This document shows positions 53,928-62,399 of a stretch of 64,000 bases of DNA, piece by piece. The notes beneath the pieces are model-generated. The model was not told where the DNA came from. It searched no databases and was given only the letters and a program-made list of their open reading frames with translations. The stretch lies in IMG/VR virus record IMGVR_UViG_3300033547_000001, positions 10,014 through 74,013 of that record; one strand, written 5' to 3'. The stretch comes from a virus (taxonomy: Duplodnaviria > Caudoviricetes). Numbering within the stretch: the first letter of the stretch is position 1; each line of letters opens with the position of its first letter. The translations under genes were made by a program, and so were the position numbers.

Positions 53928-54100
53928 GCGCGCCGTCTTCGAAAGAGGTGGAAGGCCGCCTCGCCGCTGCAGCCGCTCCTAAATGTCGCGCCTGTCGGCG
54001 AGCGCGCGGGGTATTCCTGTTCAGGTTGCCGGTGCAGTGCCGCTCGCGGGGGCGGCTGCCGGCGCAGTATTGGCCGGGATCGCGGTGCTGAGGGCGGTGT

Positions 54101-54472
54101 TCACGTGCTTGCTCTCACGGTTGTTGGGGTGCTCCGACCTGCAGCGCTCCATTCGCGCACTCGTCGGCGGATCTTTCGATAGTTGACGACGTCGATCGAA
54201 TTATCCCTCTCCAAGTCGGCGTCGTGCCTGTCCCTCAGATGGTCCTCGATAAGGTCCATGTGCCGATCGGTGATGTCCAGTAGCATCGTGACGTCGCGCT
54301 CAAGCACCGCGACCCGGTCTTCCAGGCGCTTCGACCGGATACCGAATGTCTTGGCGTCGGCGAACCCGCCGACTGACTGCATGTGAGCGATTTGCTTCTG
54401 CGCGTAGGCGAGGTCTCTCTCGACCTTCGCCAGGCGATCCTGATCTGACGGCGGTTTCTTCTGGTCGGCCAA
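54101..54472 (-). CDS. Hypothetical coiled-coil protein
   Basis: TTG start after AGGTGG; heptad-like. Confidence 0.55.
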   Translation of the reverse strand: MADQKKPPSDQDRLAKVERDLAYAQKQIAHMQSVGGFADAKTFGIRSKRLEDRVAVLERDVTMLLDITDRHMDLIEDHLRDRHDADLERDNSIDVVNYRKIRRRVREWSAAGRSTPTTVRAST

Positions 54473-54640
54473 TCAACCACCTGCTCTTTGCAACGAAGCC
54501 CGGAGCGATCCTGCTGGGATCATTCCGGGCTCCGAGGGGGCTCCGATCGCTTCACCTTCGAGGTTCGCGTTTCAGACCTTCGTCGCTATCCAGCGGCTGA
54601 TGAAGGAGGCGACTCGGGCTAGATCCGCGCCCGCGTTGGA

Positions 54641-54792
54641 TGACAAATTCTGTCAAATCTTGCAATAGGGTTCCACCCTAGGAGACGGATACGAAATACG
54701 GGTACGCGGCGGGTACGCGGCGGGTACAAAATTACACATAGGTACTTTTATGTAAAAATACGTATTTTTTTCAATTACTTGAGTTTTTCAAG
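54641..54792. promoter_or_regulatory. AT-rich repeat/palindrome cluster (origin- or operator-like)
   Basis: TGACA-N5-TGTCA; GGGTACGCGGC x2 plus GGGTAC; AAAAATACGTATTTTT palindrome; CTTGA-N5-TCAAG. Confidence 0.55.
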
Positions 54793-54813
54793 ACTTTCTG
54801 CAAAATCGAACTA

Positions 54814-55395
54814 TTATTTTCTCTCCAGCATCGCCAAATATACCGATGATACCATATCACTGATGTCCTCGGTTTCCGGGTTCCAGCGTTCATAAGCCTC
54901 GTATCCGGCAATTCGCATCTCCCGAGTAATTTCGAAATCCTTAGGAGAGATCATCACTATTCTCGCTGAAGGTCTGCATTTGTCGGTCTTTGCACGGATC
55001 ACCCTCCAACTTTTGTTGTTACCCTGTTCCTTTGGAGTAGCCCAACGAACATTCCGTGGATGATATCCACCATCCGGATTTGGAAACCGGTCAAGAGAAT
55101 GCAGCTCGGAAGGCCTCCTTCCCACGTCTTTGAGAAATATCGGATAGCTCTCCAACCATCGCTTGCATACGGTGATTCCTCTACCACCATAGACATGCCA
55201 TCCCCGTGTCTTCGGATTGGTACATCGTGAGATCATGGATACCCATGCTTGGTACTCAGGAGTTATTTTCCCGTCGATATATTCTCGATAATTTGCCGGT
55301 CGAATGCCTCGTCTAGCATTTTCTGCAAGTCTAGGACCGGCTTTGATTGCTTCGATTTGCCATTCTTCAAGAGGTTTTTCCTTGGCGTCGCTCAT
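54814..55395 (-). CDS. HNH homing endonuclease
   Basis: PEYQAW.SM..RC.NP...YGGRGI.VC.RW...SLDR....GY.P.NVRWAT..EQ..N. Confidence 0.88.
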   Translation of the reverse strand: MSDAKEKPLEEWQIEAIKAGPRLAENARRGIRPANYREYIDGKITPEYQAWVSMISRCTNPKTRGWHVYGGRGITVCKRWLESYPIFLKDVGRRPSELHSLDRFPNPDGGYHPRNVRWATPKEQGNNKSWRVIRAKTDKCRPSARIVMISPKDFEITREMRIAGYEAYERWNPETEDISDMVSSVYLAMLERK

Positions 55396-55799
55396 CTGTT
55401 GCCCTCTCTTACGTGCAGCAGGATCACCTTGGTCGCGGCGTGATCGTCTCCGCTCAGACTCCACAGAACGAGAGCAAGCAGGTGTGGGTCGACGCCGAAC
55501 ATGCGCCAGAAATTCATCTCGTTCATCCGGTGTTGCAGCTCGTGGTGCTGCCTGCATCCCGGCAGCGTCCACCTGTCGTCGGGCTTCTGCTGCCCGCCGG
55601 TCGGCTCCTTCCCGTGCAGCAGGCTACCGGTCCGGAGGTGCATGGGGTCGCCGCACCCCGCCGTGGCATCTCCGCGGGCGACGCAGGCCACGCACGGAAG
55701 GCGCTTCACGAAGTCGAGATGCGATCGATTCTTGACCGCCGGCGTGCGCACCGGCTTCAGGTTCGACCAGCCGCCCTCTGGAACGATGCGAGAAGCCAT
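55392..55799 (-). CDS. DUF968/Ref-like His-Cys nuclease
   Basis: HLDFVKRLPCVAC, DPMH, KPDDRWTLP.CR.HH..QH. Confidence 0.8.
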   Translation of the reverse strand: MASRIVPEGGWSNLKPVRTPAVKNRSHLDFVKRLPCVACVARGDATAGCGDPMHLRTGSLLHGKEPTGGQQKPDDRWTLPGCRQHHELQHRMNEMNFWRMFGVDPHLLALVLWSLSGDDHAATKVILLHVREGNR

Positions 55800-56230
55800 C
55801 AGTCGCATGCCTTCATCTTGTCGGCGATACCGCCTTTGACGCGAACATAATCGTCCCATTGGATGAACTCGCCATCATGCCAAAATCCCCATTGGCGCTC
55901 TTGCCTGAGAACGACAACCAGTGTCCAGCAAGTCCCCCATGGTGTTGAGATCCGGTGTTTATGGGAAGCCGGAAAGGTTCTGAACCAAGGGGCTCGATAG
56001 CGCCGCTCGCCTGATGGCGTGGTCTCTAGATACGAGCCCCATAATCCAACGCTGATAAATCGCTTCGGGTGGTCGTGAAGATCCAAGCTCCAATCATCGC
56101 CGACGAACTTGTGTAGGTAAATCTTGAACCATCGTGTTCGAAAAATCACCCAACGATAAAGATAGGTCGGGCAGCGATTATGTCCGTTGATCTCTTCTGC
56201 TGTACCAAGAATCCTATTGAGTAACTTCAT
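55799..56230 (-). CDS. Cupin-like phage protein
   Basis: YL.RW, IYLHKF..DD...LHDHP..F.S..L.G.Y.E, HRI, WTLVV..WGFW. Confidence 0.7.
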   Translation of the reverse strand: MKLLNRILGTAEEINGHNRCPTYLYRWVIFRTRWFKIYLHKFVGDDWSLDLHDHPKRFISVGLWGSYLETTPSGERRYRAPWFRTFPASHKHRISTPWGTCWTLVVVLRQERQWGFWHDGEFIQWDDYVRVKGGIADKMKACD

Positions 56231-56233
56231 TGA

Positions 56234-56506
56234 TCAGGCCTCCAAAATAGATTTGCACGGCATCGTTACCGACCTCGGATCGTCGGCGCGGCCGGCCGCA
56301 GTGACAGCGCAGCGGTAGCCGCACCTGGTGCAGACCGCGACCCAAGTCCCGCAGCACTCGGCCGGGTAGGGCAACTCGACGGTGCACGATTGGAACCTGC
56401 CCTTGGACAGGTCGACGTCCACTCCCTCGGGGAAGGCGGCGTTCGACACGCATGAGGCCTTCCTGCCTGTGCTGATGAAGCCGACCTCGAACTCTGGTTT
56501 CTTCAT
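56234..56506 (-). CDS. Small Cys-rich protein
   Basis: CC..CTRC..C; GGGAGG RBS. Confidence 0.65.
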   Translation of the reverse strand: MKKPEFEVGFISTGRKASCVSNAAFPEGVDVDLSKGRFQSCTVELPYPAECCGTWVAVCTRCGYRCAVTAAGRADDPRSVTMPCKSILEA

Positions 56507-57330
56507 GGTGCCCTCCCGTCCCTTATCAATCCCTCGACGATCTTGCGTACCGCCATCTTACGATCTCGATAAAATACCTGCCGATGCACGCCTATCTCGG
56601 CGCATTTCCTCGTGACCTTCGCGCCCCACGCTCGCCACAGACCGCCCAAATTCAGGAACATCGCCAGATCTGGATCTTCGTCGCGCAGGTATTGCATGGC
56701 CCAAGCCAGGGACTCGTTCATGCGTCGGACCTCGTCACCACCGGGCGGTCCCTTATCGCTGAACAGTCGACGCATCGAATTGCGCAGCGACTTGTTGCCA
56801 GCCTGGGCGACCAGGTCCGCCATCGACCGCAGCGGCGCCGGCATGGCGTTGCCGAACTCCCGCGGTCCGGTGGCTCCGACCGCCAGGCGCCCGAGTACTT
56901 TGAACGCCTCCTCGATCCTGGCTTCCACCAAGTCCTCGGTCCAGCGATCGCCGGTGATGCTCGCCCGGTCCTCGCGTTCCTTTTTCCGGTCGAGGCGCCG
57001 GCGGATTGCCAGGTTCTCATCAATCTCGGTGCTTGAAAATGAGACGTGTCCGGCCACAGCCACCCTGAGCTCCTGCATGCGCTCGTCGACCACGCCGATG
57101 GGCGCCTTGAGGTCGTCTGGGAGCGGCGCCATGACGTCGTCGTGGTCCATCTCGGCGCGCTCCCCGGTGCGCGCGTCGATCGGCCAGTCGGTTTCTATCC
57201 GGCGAGCCTTCAACCTCACCCGATGCTTCTTGAGAGCCCTGTTCTCATCGATCGACAGCCGCTTGCGCCTCTCGCGCTCGTCCAGAACTATTTTCGTTCC
57301 GATGTCGACAGGTTTCTTCGTCGTCGCCAT
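56503..57330 (-). CDS. DUF6362-like late-transcription regulator
   Basis: WT..LVEARIEEA..L, P...E..RM.E.L.W, C-terminal HTH (KCAEIGVHRQVFYR); follows the primase gene. Confidence 0.6.
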   Translation of the reverse strand: MATTKKPVDIGTKIVLDERERRKRLSIDENRALKKHRVRLKARRIETDWPIDARTGERAEMDHDDVMAPLPDDLKAPIGVVDERMQELRVAVAGHVSFSSTEIDENLAIRRRLDRKKEREDRASITGDRWTEDLVEARIEEAFKVLGRLAVGATGPREFGNAMPAPLRSMADLVAQAGNKSLRNSMRRLFSDKGPPGGDEVRRMNESLAWAMQYLRDEDPDLAMFLNLGGLWRAWGAKVTRKCAEIGVHRQVFYRDRKMAVRKIVEGLIRDGRAP

Positions 57331-57344
57331 TCCATTCCCCGCGT

Positions 57345-59846
57345 TCAAAATATGCTCCCGTCGAGCGTAGTGATTGGCCGCCCTGTGGCTTGGTCTATGA
57401 CCGGACCCTCTTCCTTTTTCTTCTTCGGCTGCGGCGGCCACTGCAAGCCCTTGCCGAACACCTTCCTCCCGGTAGGCCAGACGTAGTGAAGCATCTTCGG
57501 CTTAGCCGGGTCCTCGTTGACCGCTTGAGGGTCAGGCATCTCAGCTAAGCCGATCACGTTGTATTTGAGAAGGTCTTCGCGGAACCGCCTGGTTCGAGCC
57601 TTGATGCGATTGCGATATTTCTCGGTCGACTCGTCCTGCTCCTGCGGATCCATCTTCTTGTACTCGATCCCAAGCTGGTACCACTGGACTACCGACCGCA
57701 CACCCGATGGAAGGCCCAGCACCGGCGGTGGCGCCACGCCCCTGTCGTCGATCACCTTAAGAAGCGCGCGGAAGACGTCGACGTTAACGCCCCTGAGGTA
57801 GAAACCGTCCGGCTTGACATAGCCTTCCTGGTGCTCGCGAACCTCTCCCTCGACCACCCGCTGCTCGGGCTCGACCGAGACCATCGACGGGATGTCGTCG
57901 CCGTCATCATCGACGCCGATCACGACAGGTGCAAGCACGAACTCCCAGGTCATACGGTCGTCGCCTTCTCGCTGTTTGCTGACCTTCACGCGCCTCCGCA
58001 CACGTCCGTCGTCGTCGCGCTGGTCAACTCCGTGCTTATCCTGCACGCGCTCGACCAGCAGCGCGGTCTCGATGTTGTTGAAGAACTGCTCGTTGCCGCG
58101 GTGCTTTCCCTCGGCGTTGGTGTGTCCGATGATCCACAAGGGGGCGCCGGTCTGTTCATTGATAACGGCGTAGTTCGACATGATTCTGTTTAGATCGTCG
58201 CTCTTGATCTCGCTTGATCCGCGCGTCGCCGAGTTGTGCGTGTCGATGATGGTCGCGGCGTGGGGAAGGCGAAATCGCTTGGCGATCTCCTTGATCTCGG
58301 TGATGAGGCCGGTGACGTTGTCCTCCGTCGCATAGAGATTGGGCGGCCTGGTCAGCCATGCGAACGAGTGGAGATCCTCGTGCTTGATCCCGTGGTGGAC
58401 CATGTAGGCACGCAACCGATTCTCGAAACCGGTTGATCCTTCGTAGGTCAGATAGATAAATCCTCCTGGCACCACGCGCTTGCCCGCGAATGTTTTGCCG
58501 AAGTGACAGTGCATCAGCATGTCGAGCACCTCGAACGTCTTGCCAGACTTGCTCGGCCCCATGATCAGCGTGTTGTCGAACATCGGCACCAGGAACTTGA
58601 TGCGCCATGGGTAGGCCTTGACCGGAGCGGAGAGGTCGCGCCAATCCCTCGCACCATATCGAGACTTGTAGGGGTCGGGCGCCCACGGCTTGAGGTCGTC
58701 AACGATCTCAAGCAGCGCGTCGCGCGTGCCGCCGGCGTTATCGCGCCAGTCCTTCACGTCGCCCTTCACTGGACATGCTGGCCAGACATCGCGGAAATTG
58801 AGGGAGCAGACAAGCTCGACATCGACGGCCTTGAGCATCGGCGCCATCTTCGCCACGCGCTCGACACCGGCCCGATCATTGTCGGCTAAGATAACGACGT
58901 GGCGGGCGCCGCGGAAGAACTCAGCGCACTGCTCAGTGAAGTGCTTGGCGCCGCCGCTGTTGGTGACCGCGAGCAGGCCCCACTCGCGCAGTACGTCGAC
59001 CTTTGCCTCGCCCTCCGGGATGAAGATGGTGCGCTGATCATCGCGAGGCTCGGCCAGCTCATCGATCACGGAGTTCGCGTTGTAAAGCCAATGCTCGACG
59101 TTGGTGAGTTCGGGGAATGTCCTGATGGTCGTATTGCTCCAGGACTTGCGCTCGTCAGTAGCCCTGAGCCATGCCGTGCCTGTCGAGGTCTTTATGAACT
59201 CAAGAGGCCCATCTCGATCGATGACATCGAGGCCGAGGATCCAGTTGCCTCCCGGCGCAGGTCGGCGTTGCAGAAACGTCTTCCATATTTTGCGATCCTT
59301 GTTCAGGCGCCACGACCCGTCAGGCATTCGTTCCTGCATCCTGACAACCTGGTAGAGCAGCGTATTCTCCGGATCGATGTAGTCCCAGGTGGCAACTACC
59401 TCTTTTTTTCCACGAGCTTCCCGGCCGTCAGTGCCTGCCATACCATCGTCAGCCCGATCGTTTCCAACTCCGTTCGAACCAGACGCATGCACTCCGTTAA
59501 GTCTGCTGCCGGACGGTCGCGCATCTTCAGATGCACGAGCCGAAGCAGGAGGGCGTCCAGATCCTCGCGCGAGGGAAACGCCGGCTTTGTCGGCGAGTTG
59601 TTCGACTGAATCGACGAAGCTGTAGCCTTCATAGATCTGGAGGAAGTCGAAGATGTCGTGCGGCTTGCCGTCGCCATCTTTGCCGAACTCGCACCAGAAT
59701 CCTTTCCTGTTGTTGACGGTGAACGACGTGTTGTCCTTGACGACATATTCAGCCCCCTGCCTGATCAACTCAAACTTAGTTCCGACGACGTCGCTCACTT
59801 TGATGCGCGCGCGGATCTCGTCGAGTTGATGCGGATCGAACGTCAT
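57345..59846 (-). CDS. Primase-helicase fusion (DnaG-type N-terminus, TOPRIM, AAA_25/RepA helicase)
   Basis: EIRARIKVSDVV, IPEGEAKVD, ILADNDRAG, KGDVKDW, GPSKSGKT, LTYEG, IIDT. Confidence 0.92.
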   Translation of the reverse strand: MTFDPHQLDEIRARIKVSDVVGTKFELIRQGAEYVVKDNTSFTVNNRKGFWCEFGKDGDGKPHDIFDFLQIYEGYSFVDSVEQLADKAGVSLARGSGRPPASARASEDARPSGSRLNGVHASGSNGVGNDRADDGMAGTDGREARGKKEVVATWDYIDPENTLLYQVVRMQERMPDGSWRLNKDRKIWKTFLQRRPAPGGNWILGLDVIDRDGPLEFIKTSTGTAWLRATDERKSWSNTTIRTFPELTNVEHWLYNANSVIDELAEPRDDQRTIFIPEGEAKVDVLREWGLLAVTNSGGAKHFTEQCAEFFRGARHVVILADNDRAGVERVAKMAPMLKAVDVELVCSLNFRDVWPACPVKGDVKDWRDNAGGTRDALLEIVDDLKPWAPDPYKSRYGARDWRDLSAPVKAYPWRIKFLVPMFDNTLIMGPSKSGKTFEVLDMLMHCHFGKTFAGKRVVPGGFIYLTYEGSTGFENRLRAYMVHHGIKHEDLHSFAWLTRPPNLYATEDNVTGLITEIKEIAKRFRLPHAATIIDTHNSATRGSSEIKSDDLNRIMSNYAVINEQTGAPLWIIGHTNAEGKHRGNEQFFNNIETALLVERVQDKHGVDQRDDDGRVRRRVKVSKQREGDDRMTWEFVLAPVVIGVDDDGDDIPSMVSVEPEQRVVEGEVREHQEGYVKPDGFYLRGVNVDVFRALLKVIDDRGVAPPPVLGLPSGVRSVVQWYQLGIEYKKMDPQEQDESTEKYRNRIKARTRRFREDLLKYNVIGLAEMPDPQAVNEDPAKPKMLHYVWPTGRKVFGKGLQWPPQPKKKKEEGPVIDQATGRPITTLDGSIF

Positions 59847-59858
59847 TTCCACCCCTGG

Positions 59859-60446
59859 TCACTTTGCGTCGAACTTATGCCGCTCTCGACCAAATGTCCT
59901 CCAGCCTTTTCGAGATTGCCTCGAAAATATATCCGCCCTTCGCCAGCCTGGGGTCAGCTTCTCGAGGAGTTCGTGCATCTCCTCCGGCTTCCTGCCGCTC
60001 TCGCGGGCGATGCCTGGGACTTCTAGGTGGTCCAGCGTCTCGATCAGGTTGTAGGCCGCTCCGCGAGCCTTGAGCTTGTGGTTCGGACGGCAGGCCACAA
60101 GGAACGGTTCGCATACCGACCTAAGTATGTGGCCGGTCCCGACGCGCAGCTTGCCGGACTTGGTTCGCTTCGACCAACAACCTCCGGTCTTGACCTTCAA
60201 CCCGAACGCGTTCTCGCAGATCAGGTGCTGCGGGCCGATCAGCGGCCACGTCCCCCACATCACCATCACCCCACCGGGCGCGAGCAGCTCGTCGGCGTGG
60301 GTGTCGGCGATCTCGTCGAGTGTCATGCAGTCATACTGAGGGGACTTCTTGCGGCCCGACGCGGACCAGGTTTCCCATGGCCACGGGAAGTCGACCTGCA
60401 CGAGATCGAATGATCCGCGCTCGAGAGGATCGAAAAAGAAGCTCAT
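59859..60446 (-). CDS. MT-A70-family adenine methyltransferase
   Basis: FDLVQVDFPW, QY.CMTLDEI, MW.T.P, W.K, G.GH.LRS..E, S.KPEE, DIFSR...GW..FG.E. Confidence 0.85.
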   Translation of the reverse strand: MSFFFDPLERGSFDLVQVDFPWPWETWSASGRKKSPQYDCMTLDEIADTHADELLAPGGVMVMWGTWPLIGPQHLICENAFGLKVKTGGCWSKRTKSGKLRVGTGHILRSVCEPFLVACRPNHKLKARGAAYNLIETLDHLEVPGIARESGRKPEEMHELLEKLTPGWRRADIFSRQSRKGWRTFGRERHKFDAK

Positions 60447-61501
60447 GCGTCCGTCTTCCTCAGCGCGTAACCCATTTTGGGCACGAGCTTCAGTTCGAGC
60501 CCGACGTCGAAGAGCTTGCCGTTGATCGACGGCTCGATATCGCGCAACCACGCTGCGGCATCGATCGGCGGTCGCTCCGGCCTTACGAATGCGGCATCCA
60601 CTAGCAGGCCGAACGGCACCCATCCCTCGTTGACCTTCAACCGCGACACCACCGCATGCTCCTTCGGGTAGAGCCACACTGACATGCCGTCGTGGGCGAA
60701 CTCCTTCCTGGGCTCGACACCGTTGACGATCGCGGGTCTCGGCGCCATCGGCGCAGGCGGCGCGGGTCTTTCCTTGACCTGGGACTCACCGTCGTTGCGA
60801 CCTCCCTTCACTACCATGCCTTCGGTCAGCGGCGGCACAGGCGGCCGTTCGCCGCCCGTCGGCTTGACCGGAGGCATGGGGACTCGACTGGGCTCCTTCG
60901 GCAGGACGCCATCGCCGGATTGACCTGCGTCCTTCACTGCGGCGCCTATGGCTACCGCCGGCAAAGGTCGGGGTTGAGGTTGCGTGGCCTTGTTGACGAT
61001 ACGGTTGTCGACCGACTCGACTTCAAGTCCTGCAACGGTCAGCGTCAGGCGTCCATCCTCGTCGCGCCTCAGCCTACCTTTGGTGATGAACGTCGAGACG
61101 TCGGGCCCGATGAACTTGCCTTGCAGTCCCGGCCAATACTTCTCAGCAATCCTTTCCGCGACCTGGGCCGTGGTCAGGCCCGCTGGATTGTCCTGAAGGA
61201 CTTCACGGATCATCGCGAAAGTTGTCTGGATACCCGGCGGACGCGGAGGGTTAGTGCCCTCGGCGCGAGGACTTGGCGCAGTCCTTCGAGCAGGAGGCGA
61301 CGACTGGACAGGTGCATTAACAGGCTGCGAGCGAGTTGGCAGGACCTCGCGCTTATCGAGGCTAGCCAATAGCTCATCCCTGTAGTCGTCGCGCCCGCGT
61401 TGGTATTCTGCGTCAAACAATTCGATCAGAGCCTGGAAGTCCCACATGTCGGAAAGCGTCTCAAATATCCGGTCGTGCCGTCTGTCCCTCGTCTCGCTCA
61501 T
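60443..61501 (-). CDS. Hypothetical protein with winged-helix-like segments and Pro-rich linker
   Basis: IREVLQDNPAGLTTAQVAERI; Pro-rich middle; AAGGAAG RBS. Confidence 0.6.
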   Translation of the reverse strand: MSETRDRRHDRIFETLSDMWDFQALIELFDAEYQRGRDDYRDELLASLDKREVLPTRSQPVNAPVQSSPPARRTAPSPRAEGTNPPRPPGIQTTFAMIREVLQDNPAGLTTAQVAERIAEKYWPGLQGKFIGPDVSTFITKGRLRRDEDGRLTLTVAGLEVESVDNRIVNKATQPQPRPLPAVAIGAAVKDAGQSGDGVLPKEPSRVPMPPVKPTGGERPPVPPLTEGMVVKGGRNDGESQVKERPAPPAPMAPRPAIVNGVEPRKEFAHDGMSVWLYPKEHAVVSRLKVNEGWVPFGLLVDAAFVRPERPPIDAAAWLRDIEPSINGKLFDVGLELKLVPKMGYALRKTDA

Positions 61502-61800
61502 CGGTGCGTCTTCCTTGGTTTGTCCGCTGTGGCCATCGCCTCTAGCTCCTTCTGCTCCAGGTGTTCGACCAGCGCTTTGATGTCCCTCATGACCTGCAGC
61601 TCTCGTCTCCAACCGAGCATCATCAACTTCTCGCCGCAGTGCGGACTTGCGCAGCTCACGAGAGCGCCATCCTCGTCCCTGGCTCCGCATGTCGGCTCCC
61701 TGCATTCCGAATTTGCTCTGGCGTTGAGTGATGCGAGTCGATCAATCACGAAGCCATAGATTCGATCTCTAGGCCTTTCACTCGGGGATGTCGTCGACAT
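61498..61800 (-). CDS. Hypothetical protein
   Basis: Cys cluster then helix; ATGA overlap downstream. Confidence 0.5.
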   Translation of the reverse strand: MSTTSPSERPRDRIYGFVIDRLASLNARANSECREPTCGARDEDGALVSCASPHCGEKLMMLGWRRELQVMRDIKALVEHLEQKELEAMATADKPRKTHR

Positions 61801-62395
61801 CGTCCAACCTGCGCGATATTTCCAGCATCGAAGAAATTGGCCTGATCTTATCCTCGTCTATTAATTTCGGCTCGACCTGGCCGGTCTCGGTCTTCCAGAG
61901 ATAGTTCGCGATAAGGACCGCCTCGGCGCGGTCCTGGTCCTTCTTGCGGTTGAGGCATGGCGACAGGGTAGGCCACCGCTGCAGCGCGACCTGGCGGGCC
62001 TGCTCCTTCCCGGCAGCGCCTCCCTTGAGGCCGTAGAATCCCTTCCACTTGCCGGGCGTGACCAGCCTGGTCGGGATGTTGAACAGCATCGGGATCGCCT
62101 TCAGCACCTTGTACGTCCCGCCGAAGTTGAAGGACGACGTCGCCCCCATCTCGCGGCGCTGGCCAGTTATCTTGTCAGGAATGGCCGGCATCGCGGTGAC
62201 CCGCTCGATCACGGCGACGTCTGGCTCCATCTGCAGCATCCAGTCGCGCAGCGCGAGCACGTCGATCTCGCGCTGTTTCTCTGCTCCGACCGTCGGCAGG
62301 TCGATGATCGCGTCCAACTCCACGGGGATCGCGGCACCGCCGACGAAGAGGCAGCAGGCGCCGTTTATCCCCGGATCGATCCCCAGGATGCGCAC
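61778..62395 (-). CDS. RuvC-like Holliday junction resolvase
   Basis: ILGIDPG, VIERV, SFNFG, VTPGKWK, DRAEAVLIA. Confidence 0.9.
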   Translation of the reverse strand: MRILGIDPGINGACCLFVGGAAIPVELDAIIDLPTVGAEKQREIDVLALRDWMLQMEPDVAVIERVTAMPAIPDKITGQRREMGATSSFNFGGTYKVLKAIPMLFNIPTRLVTPGKWKGFYGLKGGAAGKEQARQVALQRWPTLSPCLNRKKDQDRAEAVLIANYLWKTETGQVEPKLIDEDKIRPISSMLEISRRLDDVDDIPE

Positions 62396-62399
62396 TGGA

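Noticed and set aside
54597-54603. Hammerhead core CTGATGA
   Set aside because: No correctly placed stem II-GAAA-stem III
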